Assembly: GCA_965247095.1 (NCBI GenBank)
Contig: OZ251997.1
Span: 1,888,001 to 1,952,000 of the forward strand
Length of the DNA: 64,000 nt
DNA from: Candidatus Multivorans sp.
Lineage (GTDB): Bacteria > Acidobacteriota > Thermoanaerobaculia > Multivoradales > Multivoraceae
Direction: 5' to 3'
Shown: positions 27,584 to 35,616 of the stretch, piece by piece
Position numbering within the stretch: the stretch's first letter is position 1
How the letters are laid out: every line of letters starts with the position of its first letter
Program-made: the position numbers and the translations under genes
The notes under the pieces: generated by a model
The model's database searches: none
What the model was told of the DNA's origin: nothing
The model's input: only the letters and a program-made list of their open reading frames with translations

Positions 27584-28848
27584 CCGACTCTTCTCCTGAA
27601 CGAGAGGTCGAAGTTCACGTCGACCTCAAAGGCCTGCCGCACCGCGTAGGACTCCTGCGCCGCCATGCCAGCAGGCAGCGCGCCGACGCCTTGACCTTCG
27701 AGTACGACAGGGCCTGGCTCGAGGACGACCGGCGCTTTCCGCTCGATCCCGCTCTTCCCATGACACTCGGCCTCTTTGAAGCGAACCGAAGAGGGCGCCT
27801 CGCCGGAGCGATCGGCGACGCCGCTCCCGACACCTGGGGCCGGCAGTTGATGCAGCGGGCCGCACGGCGCCGAGCTGATCGGGACGGCGAGCGCGTACGG
27901 AGCCCGCACGAACTGGACTATCTGCTCGGTGTCACGGACGAGGTGAGGACAGGTGCGCTTCGGTTTCGAGTCAGCGGCCGAGCCCGATTCGAGGCCCGGT
28001 CAGACACTGGAGTGCCAGCGCGTGTCGCCCTCCGCCGACTGTCGAGCATCGTCGACCGCCTGCTCCGCGGAGAAGAGTCCGACGAAGACCTCCGCCTGCT
28101 CCTGGCGGCCGGCTCCTCGCTCGGCGGCGCTCGACCCAAGGCCGCAGTGCTCGACCAGCGCGGCCAACTCTCCATCGCCAAGTTCCCCCGGGAGACCGAC
28201 GAGTACAGCATCGAGACCTGGGAAGAAGTGGCGCTGCAACTCGCGGAGCGGGCTGGCATCGCTACACCGCACCACGAACTCGTCAGTTTCGCGGATCGGG
28301 CGATCCTCCTTTCACGCCGTTTCGACCGGATCGGTGCCGTCCGAATCCCCTTCCTCTCGGCCATGTCTCTCACGGACTCGGTCGACGGAGAACCCGGTAG
28401 CTACCCCGAAATCGTCGACGAGATCGCCCGGCACGGCGCTCGGGCCAAGTCCGACTCCATCGCTCTATACCGGCGAATGGCCTTCAACGTACTGATCTCG
28501 AACGTCGACGACCATCTTCGCAACCACGGCTTTCTGCGCCGGGAACGCAGTGGCTGGTCGCTCTCGCCCGTCTACGACCTGAACCCGACGCCAGCCGATG
28601 TCAAGGCGCGTATCCTGACCACCCGAATCGATCTCGACGACGGAACCTGCTCCCTCGACCTGGTCCTGAGCGCGTCCGCCTACTTCGGGCTTTCACTGCC
28701 TGCTGCCCGCGACATCGTGACGGAAGTAGCCAAGGCCGTCCAGAACTGGCGGAGAGTAGCCCGCGCAGTGGGGGCGCCACACCCAGAGATCGATCGCATG
28801 GCCAGCGCCTTCGAGCACGACGACCTCGCACGGGCGCTCGTGATGTGA
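27580..28848 (+). CDS. hipA: HipA family kinase toxin
   Basis: PDTWGR, GSSLGGARPK, IAKFP, RRFDR, NVDDHLRNHGF, SPVYDLNP. Confidence 0.92.
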   Translation: MTDSSPEREVEVHVDLKGLPHRVGLLRRHASRQRADALTFEYDRAWLEDDRRFPLDPALPMTLGLFEANRRGRLAGAIGDAAPDTWGRQLMQRAARRRADRDGERVRSPHELDYLLGVTDEVRTGALRFRVSGRARFEARSDTGVPARVALRRLSSIVDRLLRGEESDEDLRLLLAAGSSLGGARPKAAVLDQRGQLSIAKFPRETDEYSIETWEEVALQLAERAGIATPHHELVSFADRAILLSRRFDRIGAVRIPFLSAMSLTDSVDGEPGSYPEIVDEIARHGARAKSDSIALYRRMAFNVLISNVDDHLRNHGFLRRERSGWSLSPVYDLNPTPADVKARILTTRIDLDDGTCSLDLVLSASAYFGLSLPAARDIVTEVAKAVQNWRRVARAVGAPHPEIDRMASAFEHDDLARALVM

Positions 28849-28944
28849 TCGCCAAGGCGGAGCGGGCGCCGCCAAGCAGAATGCACTACCACTGAGCTGA
28901 AACGGCTCAGTCTTGCCTCAAACTGCGGCCGATAAGCTGCCGCG

Positions 28945-30012
28945 ATGTCTCGCACTTCCCCTCTGCTCTCGACCCTCCTCCTGCTCGCCGCGGCAACCAC
29001 CAACACCGTTCCGGCCCAGGACTACGGCAGCCGCGGCAACCTGGGCGCCACGGCGACCGCCGAGGAACGCGCCGAGATCGAGGCTCTCTACGAGCGCTTC
29101 GTCCCGTACATCGACAAGGCGCGCACCGAGCTGACGATGGTTCGGGAGACGGTGGCCTACGCCGAGACGCGCGGGTTCCGCGAGTGGGATCCGGCGATCA
29201 GCGAAGTCAGTCCCGGCGACCGCTTCTACGCCGTGAACCGGGACCGGACGATGCTGCTCTGGGTGGTCGGAACGGAGCCGCTCGCGTCCGGGATGCGTCT
29301 GATCAACAGTCACATCGACTCGGTGCGGTTGGAGCTCAACCCCATCCGCTGACGAAGAAGAAGGGCGTGGCGGTCCTGGACACTTTGGTCCACGGCGGCG
29401 TCAATGCCTACCAGTGGGTGAACGTGCCGCTCGGCCTCACCGGCAGGGTCGACAAGAAGGACGGCTCCGTGGTCTGGATCGACTACGGCTTCGACGCCGA
29501 AGACCCGGTCCTGCCGATTCCCGACCTCGCCCTCCACGTCGACCGGGACTTCCGCTCGCGGACTCGGGCCGAGGCGATCAAGCGCGAGGAGGTCGACCCG
29601 CTGATCAACTCGGCGCCGGCGCCCGGCGGGGAGGACGACGCCGAGAGCGAAGGAGAGGGCGACGGGGACGACACGAATGCCGCGGCCACCGACGCCATGG
29701 CCCCAGGCATCCGACAACGCCTCCCTTCTTCACCACGGCCTGGTGATCAAGCTCTACGGCGCCGGCTGCAGCGCGAACAGCGAGTACACGGCCAGGCTGC
29801 GCCGGATGCTCGATAACGCGAACGTCGCCTGGCAGAGCCACACCTACAAGGCCGGCTACGGCGGCGGCACGGTCGCCCGCTACTTCAGCGCGATGAACAT
29901 GGATGTCACCGACTGGGGAGTCGGCATCCTCTCCATGCACAGCACCTACAGCGTCGCCTCGAAGGCCGACCTGTGGGCGCTCTATGAGGGGTTCGTCGCG
30001 TTCTTCGAGTCG
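28945..30012 (+). pseudogene. M18 (aspartyl) aminopeptidase pseudogene
   Basis: SHIDS then a frameshift near 29340; second frame QWVNVPL...IPDLA; jump near 29710 to GGGTVA...LSMHS; the middle is missing. Confidence 0.8.
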
Positions 30013-30038
30013 CAGGGGATCAGGGGATCAGGGGATCA
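30013..30038. repeat. Tandem repeat (CAGGGGAT)x3 at the aminopeptidase/hicA junction
   Basis: cgCAGGGGATCAGGGGATCAGGGGATCA. Confidence 0.8.
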
Positions 30039-30216
30039 ACTCGATCCCAAGGTCCGAACAGATCTTGCGCGCCAAAACGTTCCGTATCTCGGTATGCCGT
30101 GGAACCGCACTGCGGCGGTCCCCAGCCTGGTTCCGCCACCAGGAGTGGCGTCTCCCTTCACGGACCAACTCGCAACCTTGTCTCCGAAGGTGTCACAGAA
30201 GGGCTCTGCGCTTCAT
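30028..30216 (-). pseudogene. hicA: HicA toxin with in-frame stop at codon 8
   Basis: MKRRALL*HLRRQGCELVREGRRHSWWRNQAGDRRSAVPRHTEIRNVLARKICSDLGIELIP; TGA at 30193-30195; ATGA overlap with hicB. Confidence 0.85.
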
Positions 30217-30425
30217 GCAACAACGACCTTCTCCAGCTTGTAGCCCTCACCTGCTGCGGCAAGCGCATCCTCGCGATTGAACTCCAACGCCTCGTTCAGA
30301 GTGATGGCCAACGTCTCCAACAACTCGTCGTGGCTTCGCTCCTGGCAGTTCACGCCTGGCACTTCTTCGATCCAGCCGATCCACCAGTCGCCGTCACGTT
30401 TGACGATCGCGGTGTACTCCTGCAT
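30213..30425 (-). CDS. hicB: HicB family antitoxin
   Basis: YTAIVKRDGDWWIGWIEEVPGVNCQ...LLETL..TLNEAL; GGAGGAG RBS. Confidence 0.88.
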   Translation of the reverse strand: MQEYTAIVKRDGDWWIGWIEEVPGVNCQERSHDELLETLAITLNEALEFNREDALAAAGEGYKLEKVVVA

Positions 30426-30740
30426 CTCCTCCGTCCTCCTCTCTCGAAGACAACCGTGACCGGTGCATCTGCCGCCCCTTCCGTGCTGCAGGCCGAGAGA
30501 GCACCTGATCCGGCCAGCAAGAGCGACTCTACCGGGTCGCAGCGGCAACAAGAGTCGACGCAACGACCCACTGCCGAATCTCAGGAGCGGCGAAGGCGAA
30601 AGCGAAACGGCCTCGGGCCGGCGAGGAACGACAGACCGATCAAAGCCCAACCGACGGATGCGGCCGTGGCAAAGAACTCCTCAAAGCCCACCGCCGCCAG
30701 CAGGGCGGCCGCACCGCCCAATCCGACCGAACGAAGGCAA

Positions 30741-31271
30741 GACGGCCGGCCCCCGAAGGGACCGGCCGCCAGACTGTCAAGGCCCGCCGAACTGCGTCCG
30801 GCGGACCGATCTGACGAAGGCGCCTACTCGCCGCCGCCCGCCGAGATCATCAGCACCGAGCCCTGACGGTGCTCGGCGTGACGCGAGGGAGCGTTCGAGT
30901 TCGTGGTCCAGACGTTGCCGGCCTCGTGATCAAGCTCTACGCCGCCGGCCGCAGCGCGAATAGCGAGTACGTCGCCCACGGCAGCGAGCCCCCGACCAGA
31001 GTCAAGGAGACGGACGTCGTGCTCTCGAACTCCCTGCGGTACTCGTTCTACGAGTCTGGGCCGTAGGACGGTGCTGAGCCCCAGCAAGGTGGGGCTGGGT
31101 TGAACCTCCGCCGCGTGTGTCTTCTTCGTGCCACATTATCTCCTGTGCTAGGCACTAGTTATAGGCCACCATGCCGACACCGCACTATCCACCGGCCGCC
31201 GTCCAGCGGACCGGGATGGGCATCTGCGCCAGCGTACTGCCCGCGGTCGGGCTGCTTTACGAACTCGGCGA
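30741..31271. repeat. Patchwork of five diverged fragments of four neighbouring genes
   Basis: Matches in order 35470-35718, 29737-29793, 26308-26383, 27198-27292 and 27422-27480. Confidence 0.85.
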
Positions 31272-31282
31272 CAATCGCAGAC

Positions 31283-31407
31283 TTGACTTGAAAGAAATCG
31301 CGAACTATGGTTCCTCCCAGTTCACTGAAAAGCTGCCAATGCACTCATGCACTAATGCACTATCGCTAATGTGTCGAGGCGGCAATGCGCTAATGCTAGT
31401 GCGCTAA
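31283..31407 (+). promoter_or_regulatory. Sigma70-like promoter followed by an octamer repeat array in the leader of the TonB-dependent receptor
   Basis: TTGACT-17bp-TATGGT (31283-31311); AATGCACT/CATGCACT/AATGCACT (31338-31361); AATGCGCT (31384-31391) and further variants. Confidence 0.6.
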
Positions 31408-31420
31408 CGGAGGTGGAAAT

Positions 31421-34243
31421 ATGCTGTCTTCTTCTCGCATGGCTACTCCGGCTGGTCTCGTCATTCTGGCGCTTCTGGCGGCAACGCCTATCTACGCCCA
31501 AAACGTTGGAACGGTACGCGGCACGGTCACCTCGCCGGATGGCGAACCGCTTCCGGGTGTGCTGGTGCAGGTCACGGGAGAAATCGTCCGTGGCGAACGC
31601 ACCTCGATCACCGGAGCCACTGGGGAGTACTTGATCCCAGGTCTGCCGCCCGGGCTGGTGACGGTGACCGGGACGCTTGAGGGGCTCCGGCCCGACACGG
31701 TCGAAGGGGTCCGAGTCTCCATCTCCGGCGTGGCCACCGTGAACCTCACGATGCGGCCCGCGGACGTGGCCGAGGCGATCACCGTAACCTCGGAGGCGCC
31801 CATTCTCGATGTGACGAGTTCTTCCGTCAGCACCAACTACCAGGCAGAGATGATCGACGCTCTGCCGACGACGACGCGCAACTACCAGGAGATCGCCCTG
31901 CTGGCCCCTGGCGTGAACGCGATAGGTCGCGTCGGAGGCGTCGGGGAGTATCAGGGGTTCATCTCGGCGTACGGTCGCGACCTAGGGTCACTGGGGTGGA
32001 ACGTCGACGGCCTCGGGGTCGGCCTTCCAGATGAAGGCACTCCCATTGGTGGGTCGATCGACCCCGACACCATCGCCGATTATCAGGTGCTCGGCGCCGG
32101 CGCCCCGGCGGAGTACGGAAACATGACGGGAGTCGCAATCAACGTGGTCACCAAGTCGGGGACCAACACCCTCCAAGGGCGTCTGGCCTACAACGGTGAG
32201 TGGCCCGGGACCACCGCCAGCGGTCCCAAGGTCGAGGACGGGTTCGGGGTGGAGCGCGGCTTCGAGAGAGACACCTATGAGAACTACTCCCTGTGGTCGA
32301 GCGGGCCCATCAAGAAAGACAAGCTGTTCTACTTCCTCTCGATCGGGTTGAGGGACGATCTCATGAACAATCCCGGCCACACTCCTAGCATCGACATCCC
32401 CGCCGGTCAGGCAGACCACTACAACCTCAAGGTCGATTGGTCGATCAACGCGTCGCATACGCTGACGGGCGCGTACCAGTGGGAAGAGGTTGCTAGACCG
32501 AGCTTCTCAACGACAGGGGGTCGCATACTCGCCAACCCGAATTCCGTTGGCATCCTGCAGGCAAGCGGCCAGCCGTACGTCCGGTTCGGCTACACGGGTG
32601 TTGTGGGTGCCGCCACCCTCTTCGAGGCCAACTGGTCGGACGTCTACGGCGTGTTCCATCACACCTCGGCGACCGGCAGTTTTGAATCGCCATTCATCGA
32701 CTACAACACGTCTCCCCAGACTTCGTCGGGCGGGCTGGTTTATCCTTACATCTACCCAGTCTGGTGGTCTCGCGGCCACGCCAAGGTGACGCACTTCGCC
32801 GACGATCTCGCCGGCAGCCACGAGTTCAAGTTCGGTGTCCAGTACAGCACCAGCGGTCAGAAGGCAGGGGCCGTCTTTCCCGGTTTCGGCGGCAAGTACT
32901 ACTACAAGTACGGGGCCAATTACTATCTCTACGCCCGCGCCGTGCACTACTACGGCGCCAAAGCAGAGGCTGTCGGGATCTACGTCGACGACTCGTGGCG
33001 TGTGACCGACAGACTGACCCTGAACGTCGGAGTGCGCGCCGACCAGGACGGGGCTGATCTGCCCTCCTTTCCGATACTCGAGGAATACCTTTGTAACGAC
33101 ATCGAATGCGGCGTCACCGTTCCCGGAGAATTCACGCCCGAATACCCCGATGTCGTCGACTATGACAGCGTCGACCCGCGCCTCGGAATCGCCTACCGGG
33201 TCGGTGAGGGACGCAGGCAAGGGGTCCTGCGGGCGTCCGCCGGCAGGTATCACGAGTTCAACGCCACCTCCATGTGGCAACAACCGCACCCCGACCGGCC
33301 CCCCGCGCGCTTCGGCTCCAGCCCCAACCGGAACGGCCCATTCACTTACTTCGCCGAGATCACGGAGGAGGACTTCGGGCTACCGCGCAAGGACTTGAAG
33401 CGACCCCAGACGGACCAGTTCTTCGTCGGCTACGAGCAGCAGCTCGGGGACTACACCGTCGGCGTTCAGCTCGTCAAACATGACACGACGGATCTGATTG
33501 GCTGGCAGCTCGACGACGACGGCGTCTACGAGGACTTTGCCTACGTCAACCCCTTGACCGGCGAGACGATCATGCTCAAGAACATCATCGAGACGCCCAC
33601 CTCTCGAAAGGGCAATGCGCCCGGTGCGGACGCCAACGTCCCAGCGGGGACGAAGTACGAGCAGCATTACCAGGCCGCTTTCCTCACCTTCGCGAAGCGC
33701 CACACCGACGGCTGGTCGGTGAGCTCATCCCTCAGCTGGTCGGAGACGAAGGGATTCCAGGCTCAGTCAGCTAACCAGAACCAGGGGGGCACTTTCTACG
33801 TCGGTCTAGATGGCAAAGACCCGAACAACCATCTCTACGGTGGAGGGCTCGGACAGGCAGACCGGCCGTGGGTGTTTCGGACCCAGGCACAGGTCGACCT
33901 GCCCTGGCAGCTCAAGGCGGTAGCCAGCTTCAACTATCAGGACGGCAGACCGTACCGACATCTGGCGCGCGTGCGACTGAACCAGGGGAATGTCACGATT
34001 CCACTCGAGCCGCTGACCGGCGACCGCCGGATGCCTACCAACACCAACCTCGACCTTGGTCTCTCGCGTCGGTTCCTTGTCGGCGATCGGGTCGGGTTGG
34101 TCGTCGACCTCCAGGCGTTGAACGTCTTGAACGACGACACCTTCTACTACTGGGGGGGCTACGGGCGCTACCCCACTCCGCTCAGTCCCTCGCAGTACAC
34201 CTATCCGCGGCGGCTGGCGCTGCGGGTGGGTGTGGACTTCTAG
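31421..34243 (+). CDS. TonB-dependent receptor (Oar-like)
   Basis: Signal peptide, GTVRGTVTSPDGEPLPGV, AEYGNMTGVAINVVTKSGTN, C-terminal LRVGVDF. Confidence 0.9.
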   Translation: MLSSSRMATPAGLVILALLAATPIYAQNVGTVRGTVTSPDGEPLPGVLVQVTGEIVRGERTSITGATGEYLIPGLPPGLVTVTGTLEGLRPDTVEGVRVSISGVATVNLTMRPADVAEAITVTSEAPILDVTSSSVSTNYQAEMIDALPTTTRNYQEIALLAPGVNAIGRVGGVGEYQGFISAYGRDLGSLGWNVDGLGVGLPDEGTPIGGSIDPDTIADYQVLGAGAPAEYGNMTGVAINVVTKSGTNTLQGRLAYNGEWPGTTASGPKVEDGFGVERGFERDTYENYSLWSSGPIKKDKLFYFLSIGLRDDLMNNPGHTPSIDIPAGQADHYNLKVDWSINASHTLTGAYQWEEVARPSFSTTGGRILANPNSVGILQASGQPYVRFGYTGVVGAATLFEANWSDVYGVFHHTSATGSFESPFIDYNTSPQTSSGGLVYPYIYPVWWSRGHAKVTHFADDLAGSHEFKFGVQYSTSGQKAGAVFPGFGGKYYYKYGANYYLYARAVHYYGAKAEAVGIYVDDSWRVTDRLTLNVGVRADQDGADLPSFPILEEYLCNDIECGVTVPGEFTPEYPDVVDYDSVDPRLGIAYRVGEGRRQGVLRASAGRYHEFNATSMWQQPHPDRPPARFGSSPNRNGPFTYFAEITEEDFGLPRKDLKRPQTDQFFVGYEQQLGDYTVGVQLVKHDTTDLIGWQLDDDGVYEDFAYVNPLTGETIMLKNIIETPTSRKGNAPGADANVPAGTKYEQHYQAAFLTFAKRHTDGWSVSSSLSWSETKGFQAQSANQNQGGTFYVGLDGKDPNNHLYGGGLGQADRPWVFRTQAQVDLPWQLKAVASFNYQDGRPYRHLARVRLNQGNVTIPLEPLTGDRRMPTNTNLDLGLSRRFLVGDRVGLVVDLQALNVLNDDTFYYWGGYGRYPTPLSPSQYTYPRRLALRVGVDF

Positions 34244-34263
34244 GCATGAGAGGAGCACTGGAC

Positions 34264-34761
34264 ATGAGAGAGACACCCGATACCCGACACCTCGTCGATC
34301 GTCGTCGTCTGCTGGCAGCGACCTCGTTGGGGATCGCGGCGGCGGCCTTCGTCCCGCGGTCGGCGGGCGCCGCTTCGACGGCGGACGAGGAGGCGAATCG
34401 ACAGACTACGCGCGACTTCACCAAGGCGATGGAGACGGGCGACTGGGATCGGGTCTCGAGCCTCCTCGCCGAGGACGCCCGGTTCATTACCCACGCGGCC
34501 AGCGGGGAGTGGGCCCGCAAAGAGGTGGAGGGCCGAACGGCGATCATGGAGACCATGGAGTCGTGCTGCTTTGACAACACGGATATGACCCTAATGATCA
34601 CGCGCGAAGAGGCGCTCGGACACGTGGTCATCCACCAGCGTGACGACAACTGGACCGACGCCCATGGCAGTCCTATGTCGATGCCCAACACCAGTATGTT
34701 CCTCGTCCACCAGGGCAAGGTCCAAGTTTGGTTCGAGCTTATCGGCGAACTCCCAGCCTAG
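34264..34761 (+). CDS. NTF2/limonene-1,2-epoxide-hydrolase-like protein with Tat signal
   Basis: DRRRLL Tat motif and AGA cleavage site; LLAEDARF, GRTAI, GHVVIHQRDD, F.VHQGKVQVW. Confidence 0.65.
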   Translation: MRETPDTRHLVDRRRLLAATSLGIAAAAFVPRSAGAASTADEEANRQTTRDFTKAMETGDWDRVSSLLAEDARFITHAASGEWARKEVEGRTAIMETMESCCFDNTDMTLMITREEALGHVVIHQRDDNWTDAHGSPMSMPNTSMFLVHQGKVQVWFELIGELPA

Positions 34762-34767
34762 CAGCCC

Positions 34768-35421
34768 GTGGTGGAAGTCGGTTCGGCCGGCACTCTCGCC
34801 GCCTTCCTCTGGATCGCCATCGGTCTCGCGATGCGCGCACTAGTCGTCGGCGGCGACCACCCGGAGCTGGGCCAGCCCGACGACGCCGCCTACGCTTTCC
34901 TCCAGACCTACGCTCATCCCATCCTGGCGGGGATCGTCTTCGCGGGCCTCTTCGCTGCGATCATGTCGACGGCCGACGGATTCCTGAATATCGGCGCCGC
35001 CGCCCTGATTCACGACATTCCGAAGGCCCTCACCGGCAAGCCGCTCCAGCGCGAGCTGTTCTGGGCACGCACCGCCACTCTGCTCCTCGCCGTCGGCGCG
35101 GCGCTCTTCGTGAGCTTCTCCAAGGAGGACCTCGTCGCACTGCTCGGGACCTTCGGCTGGGGCACCTTCGCCGCGGCACTTGTGCCCACGCTGGCCATCG
35201 GCTTCAACTGGAAGCGCGCGAGTGCGCTCGCCGCCAACGTCGCCATCATCTCCAGCCTCGCTCTGAACTTCATCATAGAGATCGCCGCCATCGAAGTGCC
35301 GCACGGCATCCACGGCGGCACCATCTCGCTGATTCTCTCCTCGAGCTTGTTCTTCGGAATCTCGCTCATCACCAAACCACGGAAGCTGCCCGAGAACGTC
35401 GAAGCGATCCTGGATCTCTGA
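34768..35421 (+). pseudogene. C-terminal fragment of a sodium:solute symporter (PanF/PutP-like)
   Basis: AGIVFAGLFAAIMSTADG is an SSS-family motif; only 217 aa, N-terminal half absent. Confidence 0.75.
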
Positions 35422-35520
35422 GGGACCTCACTGCGCATGGCTCCGTCCCTACCAGTTCAAGTCCCCTTGGACGGCGGCCCCCGAAGGGACCGGCCGCCAA
35501 ACCGCTGAGGCCCGCCGAAC

Positions 35521-35589
35521 CCGGTTGGCGCGTCCTCGCGCCAACCGCGAACCAGTCCCCGCGCCCGTCACCGGGCGCGGGGATGGAAC
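35521..35589 (+). repeat. Two-hairpin repeat, family R3, copy 1
   Basis: GGTTGGCGCG-TCCT-CGCGCCAACC, linker GAACCAG, TCCCCGCGCCCG-TCAC-CGGGCGCGGGGA; absent from the paralogous segment at 30792. Confidence 0.8.
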
Positions 35590-35616
35590 GTGTGCGGCGG
35601 ACCGATCTGACGAGGC

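Noticed and set aside
30575-30740. Minus-strand hydrophobic coding-like stretch (GLGGAAALLAAVGFEEFFATAASVGWALIGLSFLAG)
   Set aside because: No start or recognisable family; probably another gene relic but unsupported.
30741-31271. Patchwork as a diversity-generating retroelement template or CRISPR-like memory
   Set aside because: No reverse transcriptase in the window, mismatches are not adenine-specific, and no repeats separate the fragments.
26397-31300. Possible integron cassette array (TA modules in mixed orientation)
   Set aside because: No integron integrase and no RYYYAAC...GTTRRRY attC pairs found by eye.
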